Counted from the first letter of the stretch, positions 1 through 12,849 are shown. The stretch: DNA of 64,000 nt from Octopus vulgaris (GCA_951406725.2 OX597834.1:25482001-25546000); one strand, 5' to 3'. Notes: generated from the letters alone by a model not told the origin. Program-made: numbers and translations.

Positions 1-50
1 AAGCAGGACTGAATTCTAGAGGAGGAGAGCAACCAATTACATTGACTCTA

Positions 51-264
51 AGGCAGCGAGCTGGCAGAACCATTAGCACGCCGGGCGAAATGCGTAGCCG
101 TATTTCGTCTGCTGTTACGTTCCGAGTTCAAATTTTCCTTTCATCCTTTCGGGGTCGATAAATTAAGTACCAGTTATGCACTGGGGTCGATGTAATCGAT
201 TTAATTCATTTGTCTGTCCTTGTTTGTCCCCTCCATATTTAACTCCTTGTGGGTAATAAAGAAA
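51..264 (+). mobile_element. SINE family B (tRNA-like head, Nin/Deu-like central domain)
   Basis: aaggcagcgagctggcagaa...gagttcaaat...cctttcatcctttcggggtcgataaattaagtacc...gtgggtaataaagaaa; near-identical copies at 12016, 19988, 32348 and 40980. Confidence 0.85.
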
Positions 265-694
265 CACTTCAGTGGTTCTTTATTAACCCTGGGCAGATAA
301 AAAAGCAAAGTTGGCTTTGGCAGGATTTGGATTCAAAACATAAAGAGCCAAGAGAAAAGACTGCTACACGTTTTTTGCAAAGCTCTAATCGATTCTGCCA
401 ATCCACCAGCCTCGATAGATAAAATTATAAAATTTATGTACAACTGAAACACCCGTGTCACCATGTCTAAGAATGCCCAAAGCCTAACTTGATTCTAAAT
501 AACAGGGCACCTTCCAAATAGAAATGCTTTTTGTAGTTGTTCCTAATCCAAAACAAAGGCATTATGACCCCTGTTACACAACTGCCAGGAGGTTGTCATA
601 ATGCACGGTAAAATAAACTCATTTGGAGGTGATTCTCTGTAGTGTCCTATTTTATTTTTGTTTTATTTTCTTACTTGTACTGAAATCTCAACAT

Positions 695-780
695 AAGTCC
701 CGGGGTCGATTTGCTCGACTAAAGGCGGTGCTCCAGCATGGCCTCAGTCAAATGACTGAAACAAGTAAAAGAGTAAGAGT
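695..780 (+). mobile_element. 3' fragment of SINE family A
   Basis: aagtcccggggtcgatttgctcgactaaaggcggtgctccagcatgg...gaaacaagtaaaagag matches the 3' end of the full copies. Confidence 0.8.
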
Positions 781-1164
781 ATGAAATGAAAACTAATAGG
801 ATAACCTCAATCGGAACATTTTCATTCTTACTAAAGTGAGAAAAAATAATTTAAAAAAAACTCTGAATCCATAAAAAAAGATGAGATGGTTACTTCATTC
901 ACCTAATGGTCACAGTTGAGACACTTTCATATTAATTAGTGTTTGATATATTTAACAGATTCCTGGCAGTTGTAACTGTTGAAATCTGTATAGTTTTAGC
1001 TCACATGAGCACTGAACAAAGTGTCTTTGAACATTAATAAATTTTTTATATTCTACTAATTTCATTTTAACAGAATTTCATGTGTGTGTATGCGAGAGAG
1101 AGAGGAGATAGTTGGAAACTGCTTTTATTTTGATATTTTCAGACACATTTTTAAAAAATCCCAC

Positions 1165-1654
1165 TTAACCCTTTAGCATTTAAACCGGCCATATTCTGCC
1201 AAAATGATCTATTTGTTTTTTTGTTCAAACTGGCCAAATACAAGGCTTTCACATCTTCCCTAGAATGTCATCATCATCATTGTTCGACCGTGGTCGAGAC
1301 AATGGAATTTACCATGCTACGCCAGACTTCACGGTCCATCATGGCATTACGGAGGTCGTGTTGCTGGATGCCTGTATCCCTGGAGATTACATCAGGGTAG
1401 GAGAGTGTGCGCCCTCTGGTATTGCGAGTAGATGGCTTCCAGAGGAGAAGAGTAGAAATTACTTCTTTTTCAGCTCTACAACAATGTCCAGCAAACTGGA
1501 CTCTCCTACCTTGTGAAAGGTAGAATGTCATACTAAAAGTAAACAATCCTATAATCGAAATCTCAAAGCAACAAGATAATGCCTGATTAATTCAAGACAA
1601 TGTGAATAAATAAGCATAACATTTGACAGAGCAATCGGTATGCTAAAGGGTTAA
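1165..1654 (+). mobile_element. TTAA/piggyBac-type MITE family 1 interrupted by a LINE insertion
   Basis: TTAA-CCCTTTAG ... CTAAAGGG-TTAA termini. The body matches the other ~228-bp copies once the 1272-1520 insert and one TSD copy are removed. Confidence 0.88.
1272..1520 (-). mobile_element. 5'-truncated RTE-like LINE insertion (3' end of RT ORF)
   Basis: Open frame QFAGHCCRAEKEVISTLLLWKPSTRNTRGRTLSYPDVISRDTGIQQHDLRNAMMDREVWR...*, typical of an RTE-type C-terminus. (TGA)n tail; TSD tagaatgtcat at 1261-1271 and 1521-1531. Confidence 0.85.
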
Positions 1655-3049
1655 ATTTGGGTATGAAGTTTCTCTTTTCATTTCTTTTATTTTTGTCAGA
1701 AAATAATATCTGAAATTTATTTCAAACAAACCAAAAGAAAAAGAGAGAGAGAGCGAGAGCAAGAGAGTGAGAGAAAGAACAAACAAAAACATTCTATAAA
1801 TGGCACTTTTTTTTTTTCCTTTTATGATGACTTTAGGAACCAGAGGAGGGAGTGTCACACAAGAACAAGAGCAAAACAGTTGGTGGGGGAGGGGTCTGTC
1901 TTCTTTCTGTGACTGGAAGAGAAAAAACATATGAATTAAAGCATAAGATAAAAAATACCAATAATGGAAATTTCTGTAAGAGGCACAACACCACATATAA
2001 TAGGCAGAGGAAAGCGGACATGTGTGTGTGGGGGTGCAATTAAATCAAAATCCAGTCAATTTGACTGGTTAATAATTTTTATCAATATGAACAATGGCAA
2101 TGTTGAAACTTCCACCCACAGCCACCCATAACAGTGGGCTTTAAAATTAGAAGATATCGGGATAGGGATCTTCCATCTTGCAAAAGTGTTGTTGTATTCC
2201 TCAACATCTAGAATTTAGGGATACAAGCCCAATTTCTCCCAAACACCTCTCTGTACAGGACTTGGAAGTCTTTGAGAAAACATGTTTGGCATCATAGGAC
2301 TCTAGATGATGGCAAAATTTTCAGGAAGACAACACCTCCATTTCACAGGAAGTGGGGAGATCCTGGGATAACTAAATGTATCAATTTTATTTATTGATCT
2401 ATTGATTCTGTCAGATATATGCTTTTTAACACTAGTGTAATAACTTTTCATATGAATGACTTCTAACATGTGGGGTGGGATAATCAGGGTTAGTTAGATT
2501 AAACTCCATCTCCAGTACTAGGTTGGTCTTTTAATTAATCTTGAAAGTTAACCATAATAGCATTTGTACACAGAACACATAAAGAGCCAAAATATGAACC
2601 TCATGATATTCTTACAATAATAATTGTTTCTACTAACAGGCAAAAATTGAAACCTGGAGGTGGGTGTTAGTTCATTACATCAAACCCAATGTATGACCGG
2701 TACTTATTTTATCAACCTTGAAAGGATGAAAGGCAAAGTTAACCTTGGTGGCATCGGAACACAGAACATAAAAATGCCACTTAGAATTTCATCTGCTGCC
2801 TTATTAATAATAATAAGCCTTCTTACTGTAGGTAGAAGGCCTGAAATTTTGGTAGTAGGGCTAGACAATTACTTCAACCCCACTCAGTGTTTAACTGGTA
2901 CTTAGTTTTCTAGCCCTGAAATTATGAAAGGCAAAGTGGAACTTTATGAAATTGGAACTAGAAATATAAAGCCAGAACAAATGCTAATAAGCATTTTGTT
3001 TTGCATGTGCTACATGTGCTAACCTTAATAATAATATTAATAAATTTGT

Positions 3050-3695
3050 TTGACCTTCACCAGTTGAGCATGTCCATTAGTGGCTGATGTATCTGATCAT
3101 GAGCAATGGGGAGCATCATACCTACGTATCGAAAGGAATCTTTGGGGTTTGAAGAAATCACTCCTGGAAACATGGGTGTTTCGTTCATCATCCTTAAACA
3201 ACCTTTATTCAAGGACCTTTTGAGCAAGATAAGCTACTAGAGTGTTTTGTTCATCCTTAACTCTTTAGCGTTCGAATTAATATGTCAAAAGTAATCTTTA
3301 TTCATTTACATTTTAAAAAATTAATCTGGTATTTTCTTGTAGCTTCAAGATTTGAAAGATGTAATTCTTTATTTTTAGAATGACAGTGCAGGGTAGGTGT
3401 GAGATACTGGTTCTGGCCAGTTTGAGCATAAAATGAGTAGAATATTTGAGCCGGATATAGCCGGTTTAAACACTAAAGGGTTAAACCTTGTTCAGGGACC
3501 TTTTGAGCAGTATGAGCTACTCAACCTGAAGAAAATTCTAATGCTGTTTATCTTGATACGAGATCACCAAGTTGCACACATGGTTGTGATGCACATTCCC
3601 AGTGTAGACATGTAGTTATGCTGGGTATATTGGGCTTTGTATATTTGTACCCCGGTGTCGCTTTGATGGCATGTGCTGCTCTCACTCAATAATAA
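3050..3695 (+). mobile_element. Partial copy of repeat family D ((AAT)n-tailed retroposon) with internal duplication and MITE insertion
   Basis: Matches 16779-17345 and ends ctctcactcaataataac. Confidence 0.75.
3257..3484 (-). mobile_element. TTAA MITE family 1
   Basis: TTAA-ctctttag ... ctaaaggg-TTAA, inserted at a TTAA of repeat D. Confidence 0.85.
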
Positions 3696-4747
3696 CAACA
3701 CCTTGTTACACAGGTACACGTACCTGCTTCAACATTGGTAAAAGGGACACAGTGGTTGTTATACTGACCAAAACTAATTAAAAGTTAATTATCAAAGCTT
3801 GAAAGATGCAAACTAAGGTTTCAACCTCATAAAAATAGTTTAAAATTGACACAATGTTGCAAATGGTGGGGGGGGAAGAAAGGAATTTGAATCACTTTAA
3901 TTAACCTCAGCAGGATTTGAACTCAGAATGTAAAGAACTAAAATGTCACAATGGATTTTAATAAAAGCCCTACTGAGTCTTTAAAGCCCACCATTAACAC
4001 TTGTAATACTTTAAAGCATATTTCCTGGCCTTGTGCCAAAAATCTGAAACCAATATTCTAAAAAATTGGCACAGAGGTAGGAGGAAAACGGGTTAATTAA
4101 TCTGACTGCAGTATTTGACCAGTACTTTGTTTATTCAGCCCCAGGTGGAGGAAAAGTGTAGTTGGCCTTGGTGTGATTTGAACTCATAGTTTTTAACATA
4201 AATCCAAGCCTACAAGGGATAAAAGTGCTGATTAACTGAACCATCCAGTTTCTGATGGGTACTCATTTTTGCTGCCTTCAACCCATGGCCCTTGAAAGGA
4301 TGAAAGGCAAAGCCAAGCCAAATAGGATTGGCACACATTAATAATAATGGTTTCATATTTTGGCACAAGGCCAGTAATTTGGAGGGAGGGTGTAAATCAA
4401 TTACATCGACCAAGAAAGGGTGAAAGGCAAAGTCGACCTCAGTGGAATTCTGAACTCAGAACATAAAGACAGATGATGTGCCACTAAGCATTTTTGCCTG
4501 GCATACCAGCTTGCTGCCTTTGATTTTGAATACAGTATTGGTTTCACATTTTGGCACAAGGCCAGCGAGTTTGGGATGGGGTGGGGTGGGTATCTAAACT
4601 CAGTTGTATGAACCCCAGTGTTCCACAGGTGCTTATTTTATTGACCCCGAAAGGATAAAAGACAAAGTCATCCTCAACGGAATTTTGAACTCAGAACTCA
4701 AAGACAGATGAAATGCCATAAAGCATTTCATCCAGCATGCTAACAAA

Positions 4748-4780
<33 letters not shown>

Positions 4781-5039
4781 GATGATGATAACAATAAAAA
4801 TAACAACAATGTGGGCATAAAAGCAGACGTAGCATTGTAAGTGTTGAGAGAAAATTGGAATGTTGAGCATCAGCATAGGTGAAAACATGAGATATAAAAA
4901 AAAAAAAGGCACAAGATTTCTAAAATGAAAGAAAATAAAATTTAGACATTAAAAAAAAAAAAAATTCTATTCATGCCTCATTTGATCCATCAATACAAAA
5001 TAAGAAATAGTAAATAAAGAACAAAATAAAAAGCAGAAT

Positions 5040-7091
5040 ATCAACAGTACAGGGTTTTTATTGTTCTTTTTCCTTCTTCCTTTCAGTGAATATATCATAT
5101 ATATATATATGTTTATATATATATATATATATATTGGCCTAAGAGCATATCAGATAACTATAGCAGCAAGTTTATTTACACACTTACAGACATACATATA
5201 TACACACACATACACACATGCATGCATGCATGCACATACCAGAGATGCAGTTCTATATAACACTAGTCCAAAGCAGTTAAAAAAAAACAAAAAATAAAAA
5301 AAAAAAAAAACAGCTGAATTTAATATCATTGTTTTTTTCCCTCCGAGACATTTCTTCGGAAAAAAAAAAAGAGGAAGGGGGAAAGAGAGAGAGAGGGGGG
5401 AAGGATAGAGAGAAAACAAAACAAAAAATAAACAAAAAGAAGCTCTTAGAATGGATATTTTCCATTGTAAAAATCTACACCACCTTCAGACTTTCAGCAG
5501 TATAGATTTGGTTTAACATGGAATTTTTAACGAACCATTGGAATATATATATATATATATATTTTTTTTTTTTTTAAAAAAGAGAAATTAATATTTGTTG
5601 TTTAGCACAAACTTTTTTTTTTTTTTCATTAAATTGTTTTGTTTTTGCTTTTTTCGCTCAGATCATTGTGTTTGTAGCAATTTTTAAAAACTTTATTTCT
5701 GTGTACAACCATCAGAAAGAACTCTTACAGATTCCATGAAGAAAATTTTTTTAGATATTTTCTCATTAAAATACAATCCTGTCATCATCATCATCATCAC
5801 ATATAAACAGATACAGCTCACATTATAGCAGTGGAATTCATTTTTATTTGTATTTTGTCTATTTTTCACTTAATTCCACAAAACACCACCCAACCCGAAC
5901 CCGAACCCAACCCAGCCCAGCCCAGCCCCTCCCATTGAAATTCTTCCCAGAGCTGTTTGTTGCTGTGCTTTACCAATCAAATGACATTGTGTGGTGGGGG
6001 GACGGGGAGGGGGGAAGCTGATTTTTGGTTTTTTTTTTTGCTTTCTTTTTGTGAGAGAAACAAACATTTTGATAGAATGTTGAAGGGAAGAAGAGGGAGG
6101 AGAAGCTGAGAAAAGCTCCCCACCCTCTAAGGATGTATGTTTACAGGGGGAAGGGGAGGGGAGACATGGAGGGGTTAGTAACAGTTCACTCCCACAAAAT
6201 ATTCGTCTTTTTTCAAGTAATTTCCTTTAAATTTTATTGTAATATCAAGTCACAGAGTTCTGTCAAAACGGTGGCACACGTGACTGTACCAAAATCTGAA
6301 AACTTCAGATTTATGTTAAACTGTGTTGCAGCATACTTTAAACAGCATGGTCACTCATTAATCAATGTTGCCATAAACGAGTTACTGACAGCAGGATCAA
6401 TCATGGATCAGTAACTGACATGGTGTCTATTTTGCCATGAAACCAGATTTTTTTTTCATCTCAAGAAATGGATTCAAGTCTTCTCATCATTCAACAATTT
6501 ATCTCTGCCTTTTCTCCTCCCCCATTTTCACAGTTTATTTGCGTTTGTTTTGTTTTCTTTTTTTCTTCTTTCATATTCTTTCTTTAAAATTTGATCACAA
6601 TAAAATGGAAGAGAAAGTCTAATTAAATGCAAATCAAAACAGTTTCAGACTTACAGAGCCAGGTTGTTGTTAATCATTAAATATGGACAAGAACCAGCAT
6701 TTCATTTTGATTCTCTCTCATTCCACCACCACTTCTTTTTGCAGTTTTTTTTTCTTTTTTTTTTTTTAATATTTTATCTACAAAACATATTTCAAAAAAT
6801 TATATTTGATCCTTCTTCGAGAACAGCAGCAAACTTCTTCACTCAAGAACTGTTCAGCTTTGTTCAACACCTTCCCTCCGTTCACATTAGTCCAACTGAC
6901 TGTTCCATCCTGTTCCACTTGACAATGTAAATAACTCCAAAACAACATGCTTGTCAGCCCAATACCCTCAATATTGGTCAATACCAAGCAGTGATGTCTC
7001 AAAAATTTGCCAGTGAATCCACTCTCACATTTATGTTGTCCATGACAATGGGACTTGTGCAGAATAAACGTTTTTTAAAGTCCAGAGAGTG
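5040..7091 (-). other. Putative terminal exon / distal 3' UTR of the GRB2-like gene
   Basis: SINE-free, U-rich block bounded by a strong minus-strand acceptor (cttctctgtgtttctctccaacacag, AG at 7093-7092) and the poly(A) signal at 5062-5057. Contains a TGTAAATA Pumilio-type element at 5180-5173. Confidence 0.45.
5057..5062 (-). promoter_or_regulatory. Candidate polyadenylation signal (AATAAA) of the GRB2-like transcript
   Basis: AATAAA on the minus strand, followed about 25-70 nt later by a long U/GU-rich tract (plus-strand A-rich 4990-5035). It lies at the end of a ~2 kb transposon-free block. Confidence 0.55.
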
Positions 7092-9024
7092 CTGTGTTGG
7101 AGAGAAACACAGAGAAGTAACACATTTTCTTCTCAAGAACGCATAACAACCAAACATTGAATATATCAGATTTCACAGAGCTAACACTTTAACAAATCTA
7201 ACAGCATTTTAACATACTAGTAATGCAATTTAAGCTTGGCGAAATAATAATAATAATAATAATAATTACAAAAATTAAATGCAAATGAAAATTACTAAAA
7301 AAAATTTTTTAATCTAAGTTTAAATTTAAATAATTAAAAAACCTTTAAAAAAAAAATGCCATATAAATGAGAATTAATTTGTTTAAAAGTTGCAATATTT
7401 GTTGTGTTAATGACTTCACCTGAGTTTAGAAAAAATGGGAGCAGTAAAACTAAAATAAAATCCCCTACAGACCACCACATCGTATTAAATTTCCTCTGTT
7501 TCTACTGCAACAACAAATAATTTCTCAATAGGGTTGCACAATGTCCACAGAGTAGTGGTGTTAGTGGGGGGGGAAACTGGGTGATGGTTATACAGCCAAG
7601 TGAACTGAATGAGGGCCCAGGGATACATGGGTGATACCTTTTATCTATTTTTGAATTGGACCTGGAAGGGTTGAAAGGCAAAGTCAACTGTGGCGGGATT
7701 TGATCTCAGAATTGTGAAGGGACGTCACTAAATACTGGCAAGTCTTTACTCAGTCTGACATTACCATGTCTAACACACCATCACCGTCCTCAGAACAAAG
7801 GGTTTGTTGTTGTCCCTAACAAGGTGAAGCATCTTAATTTAAGAAACAATGAGAGTATATATACATGTTTGGGTACGTGTAGAGTGAGAGTGTATGTAGG
7901 TGCACAAGAAGTATATGAATAGGCATGTGCATAGAGAGTGTGTATATATATATATATATGTATGTATGAGTGTGTGTAGGGAATGTATATGCATGTCTAT
8001 GTAATCACATATGCATAAAGAGTAAGGGTATGGAGAGAACAAAAAGGAGAAATGTCCTTTCTTTCCACAAACACTAAAAGCTCAAAATGATAATAATAAG
8101 GGTTTCAAATCTTGGCATAAAGCCAGTAATTTTAGGTAAGCAGGTAAATTGATTACATCAACACCAGTATTCAACTGACACTTATGTTACTGACCCCACA
8201 AAAGGTGAAAGGCAAAGTCGACCACAGCGGGATTTGAACTCAGAATGTGAAGACGGATGAAATTTCGCTCCAGCATGCTAATGATTCTGCCAGCTAGCCC
8301 CTGAAGCGCAAAGCCGCACATTCTAGATGGTAAAATTAATTATAATTGATTACCTCTACATTTTTCGACACCCCCCGCCTCCCAAAAGAATGAAAGATGC
8401 AGTTGATCTCAGCAGGATTTGATCTTAGGATATGAAAAAAAGGGATAACTAAGCACAGCAAGGCATTTTGTCTATTTTTGCTTTAAAAAAAATAATAAAA
8501 CTTTCTAGGTTTGGGCCAAAAGCCACAAATGTTTAGTGAAAGGTAAGAGAGGGTTTGTATATAAGATCAACTCCCACTCCCACCAGTACTCAAAACTTAT
8601 TTAACCAATCACCCCCACCCCCCTCAACAAACCTCTTCCCTCGAGGGAATGAAAAGCAAGGGTGACCCCGGCAGCAAAGTTTTTTTTAAACTAAAATACT
8701 ACAAGGCATTTTAACCTACCAATTTCCCCATTTCTGGGCCACTCCACAGCTTCTAAGAATAATAATTATAGTTTCTTTATTGGCCACAGGGCAGCTGATG
8801 AGAGGGACACAACAACACCTTTTATGTTCAAGGTTTACTGTCATCAGCTGTATTTTTTTAATGATGCTATGTCTGTTGGGCCCCCACGGCTTTTGTTTAT
8901 GTCTGCTTGTGCGTGTGTGTATGCATGCAGAAACTGAAGAATACCAAACTAGAAAGCAGATTCTAATCACATTTTGGAAGAGGTGACAGTCCTTTCACAA
9001 AAGAGGCTAATCCAACATATGCTA

Positions 9025-9044
9025 TATGTATATGTGTGTGTGTA

Positions 9045-9084
<40 letters not shown>

Positions 9085-9162
9085 TGTATGTATATATACA
9101 TGTATGTATGTAAATATAAATATATATATATATATATACACACACACATATATATATGTATG

Positions 9163-9217
<55 letters not shown>

Positions 9218-9278
9218 ACACACACACATGTATGTATGTATGTATGTATGTATGTATGTATGTATGTATATATATATA
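9025..9278. repeat. Compound (TA)n/(TATG)n/(CA)n microsatellite
   Basis: Directly visible; explains the YIYI/CVCV pseudo-ORFs. Confidence 0.97.
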
Positions 9279-10179
9279 AAACATGTGCATGCATGTGTAT
9301 ATATGCGGTTGCATTGCAGAGCAATTCAGCAAGGATATGAATCCCAGGGTCTGGAAGGAAGACAATTTTTCACTGAATGTCATTTTAGGTCCCCACATCA
9401 AGGTGGGAGGAGGGTATATGAAGGGTCAATAGGATTAGGGGTTGACAAAGGAGAGAGAATCTCCCTCACACAAACAAATGGATGGAATATGAAACAAGTG
9501 GATTAATTGACATAGGTCGGCCTTCTCTCTACATCGAATTCTTCTCTTTCTCTCTCTCAGAAAACAAATAAGAGGATGGAAGAGGTACAGAGAATCCGTT
9601 CTATACAGTCAGAAGATTAAGAAACACAAAAAAGAGAATGCCCCCCAACCCCCAATTAACTTCTTAATTACACATGACTTAATTAGTTTAGAGTAGCCAG
9701 CATTTAGTAGCTTGCATAATAACAAAGTTGTGTCTACAGGGAGAAGATAGACATGCACTACTCTGATCAATAGCTCATTGCCCTGCCGTCCCTCTCAGAG
9801 ATGATGGCAATAAAAAACAATAATAATCACAAGGCCTCAAATTGTGGGAGGAAGAGGAAAAAGGAACAGATGATAACATCAAGCACCAGTACTACATGGG
9901 TGAAACTTATTTTATCTGAGAAAGGGAGAGACATGACTGATGACTTTGAACCCAGAAAATATAGAGGATTGGAAGTAAATCTGGTGAAGTATTTTGTTCA
10001 TTGCCCTTACCATTCTGCCAGTCCAGTCCAGTCCACTACCCCCTGATTTGTTACAGAGGCACAAACACAGATAAGAGTATAGTCTATCTGACCCCTGGCG
10101 ACATGACATGTACCTGGTAAATAACACTGCTTTCTGCTCCTAATGTTAAAAGCTAAGTTGATCTTCAATCATGATAATG

Positions 10180-10215
<36 letters not shown>

Positions 10216-11220
10216 GTTTCTGACAGTAATGATAATTAAAGATAAAAATAATTACAAAATATATTCAATCCTGAAGCTGTCAAATATATCCATATGCACA
10301 TACATATCCATGCACACACACACACACACACAAACTAAGATAAAGCAAATTTCGTCTGAAAAGAGAAAAGAAAAAACATTGTCTCTCAAAATATTTTAAA
10401 AAATGCGATTGAAGTGTGGAGTGAGGTGTGGGGGGGTGATGGGTAGGAGGCAAAGTGAGATATTATACAATAGTGGGAGTCAATCTGGAGGGGGTGGGGG
10501 GACAGGGAAGGGGTAGGAAGATGTTTCAACCCTCATCCACTCCCCCCCAACAAACCAGTGAGATGATTGGGGCCTTCAGTTTTTGCCGTTTGGCAAGGAA
10601 TTTGTGTTGTAGCAGTAGAAGTATATAGACTGTTGCTGTGTATGTGTAGGGCATCTTTTTTCTTTCAGTTTTCTTTATACACACACACATATATATAGAG
10701 AGAGATATACACACACACGCACAATATATATATATGAACACACACCCATATGCGTGTGCATGTGTGTGTGTGTGGGTGGGTGGGTGGTGTGTTTAGGTAC
10801 AACTGTGAAACTGTGATTCTGTTTCGAGAGCAAAATGCGGTGGGTTTGTCAAAGATGTTTGTCTTGAAATGAGTTTGGCTTTATTTCTTCTGCTCCTTCA
10901 TTTACCTCCCCACTTTATCGAATAGGAGAACATATATATAAAAGTGACTGCTTCTTCTCCCAGTTTTCTGTAGTCCTCTCATCAATAGAAAGTCTTGGAT
11001 ACACAAACAGACATACTGACAGTCAGTCAGTCAGTCAGTGAAATGTGTTTATGAAGGACAGATGGTGGTGGTGGTGGTGGTGGTGGCATTGGCAGGGATT
11101 GCTTTTTTTTAAAAATCTTTTTTTTTAATTGTTGCTGTTGCTTTGGTTTCACTTTTTTTAATATAATTTTTTTTTTGTTTTTTGCCTTCTGACAACAGAT
11201 GCCAATTCAAGCGAGAGACC

Positions 11221-11391
11221 TCACTGCTGTATTTCACAAACGTATGTGGCTGGAAACAGTCCTTGCACTCCGCGAGTGTTCTCTCCTCTCCACCAATTTT
11301 CATCTTTCTTTTCTAGAACTGTGATTATCTCCCCTTTCTGTAGCTGCAACTCCTCAGGGTATTGCGGATCAAAGTCAAACGACGCTTTTAC
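11221..11391 (-). CDS. GRB2: GRB2-family exon, C-terminal SH3 domain with stop codon
   Basis: ttgcag|GTA AAA GCG...CAG CAG TGA, phase 0. Translates VKASFDFDPQYPEELQLQKGEIITVLEKKDENWWRGENTRGVQGLFPATYVCEIQQ*, with SH3 motifs FDF, EL, WW.G and GLFP..YV. Confidence 0.95.
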   Translation of the reverse strand, partial: VKASFDFDPQYPEELQLQKGEIITVLEKKDENWWRGENTRGVQGLFPATYVCEIQQ

Positions 11392-12015
11392 CTGCAACAA
11401 GAACAAAAAATATATGAATATATTAAATCATGACCATCATCATCATCATCATTATCATTTTACATCTACTTTCCATGTTAACATGGGTTGGATGGTTGCT
11501 AAGACAGCTTTTTTTTTTTTTTATCTAGCTTGGTTTTTATGGTTGGATGCTTTCCTAACACAAAGTAAATTTATAGTGGCACCAACACCAGTGGGGTTGC
11601 CTTTAGACCCCATATGTAAATATGTTAAGCACAGTTCATAGAGCAGACCTATACTCCTAAAGGCTTTCTGAGTCATGGCCATTCTGTCTTCTTAGAATTA
11701 AGTTACTCAATGAGTCCTTCCTTTTATATAATGTAGGAGAATGATTTAAGAGAAACTTGCTATTTCTAGCAAGTCAATAAATCACTTAGAGGTTCTCCCA
11801 TGGTATGGTGCATATGTGTAGAGAGGGATCTGTTCGTTCAACCTGTCCAGCTGGTCAAGCATGTTTTGACAAGGCCAACGACATACAATGTACACTCTCC
11901 ATCTCTTTTAGTTTATAATTTAAAAAAATCTGATATGGAATTTGCATTCATGGAGGAAATCACCACTGTCTATTTATGCACATGTGTGAGCATATACACA
12001 TACATATATATATAT

Positions 12016-12246
12016 ATTTCTTTACTGCCCACAAGGGGCTAAACATAGAGGGGACAAACAAGGACAGACAAAGGGATTAAGTCGATTACATCGACCCCAG
12101 TGCGAAACTGGTACTTTATTTATCGACCCTGAAAGGATGAAAGGCAAAGTCGGCCTCGGCGGAATTTGAACTCAGAATGTAACAACAGACAAAATACTGC
12201 TTAGCATTTTGCCCGGCGCGCTAACGTTTCTGCCAGCTCACCACCC
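12016..12246 (-). mobile_element. SINE family B
   Basis: Reverse complement of the 51-264 element. Confidence 0.88.
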
Positions 12247-12507
12247 TAAATATGTGTAGGATCGTCCCCTGCAACCTTCTCCTGCCAAACATCCCTAATC
12301 TTGCGGGCTCGTAGGTGCTGGTGCCATGTAAAAAGCATTGATACTGGTGCAGTGTAAAAGCACCCAGTACATTCTGTGAAGTGGTTGACATTAAGAAGGG
12401 CATTCAGCTTTAGAAAACAGACATGGAGCCTAAACAGCCCTTCAGCTGGTCAGCTCCTGTCAAACTGTCCAACCCATGCCAGCATGGAAAACAGACGTTA
12501 TATGAAG

Positions 12508-12542
<35 letters not shown>

Positions 12543-12543
<1 letters not shown>

Positions 12544-12849
12544 CGGGAAGCTTTATGAAAATAGATAGACAAAAGATGAAGGCAGGTTTACGGAAATAAA
12601 CAAAAGACAAAGGCAGGTGGAATACAAACAAACAATTGTATTAGTATGGCGCTCAGGAAATATAAATAAAACAAGTCTTTAACGTTTCGAGCCTACGCTC
12701 ATCAACAGAAAGATACACAGAGAAAAAACACAGAAAGAAGGAGAGAAAAAAATTTGCGTGCAGAAGCTAGCGAATCAACATGGCGATCTGATTTCGGCCA
12801 GAAGTCAAAGATCAAACATGAGACGCAAGAGCGAAATTAGGTGAGATAA

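Noticed and set aside
6778-7002. 74-aa minus-strand ORF in the putative terminal exon
   Set aside because: Non-ATG start and no recognisable domain; more likely UTR.
8963-9506. Stack of 60-150 aa ORFs rich in YI/CV/HT (also at 17493-17803, 20375-20728, 47507-48042, 61492-61815)
   Set aside because: They are translations of (TA)n, (CA)n and (TACA)n microsatellites, not genes.
10114-10139. Possible 26-nt micro-exon (ttttaacattag|...CAG|gtacat) on the minus strand
   Set aside because: Weak splice signals that are common by chance in AT-rich DNA; no independent support.
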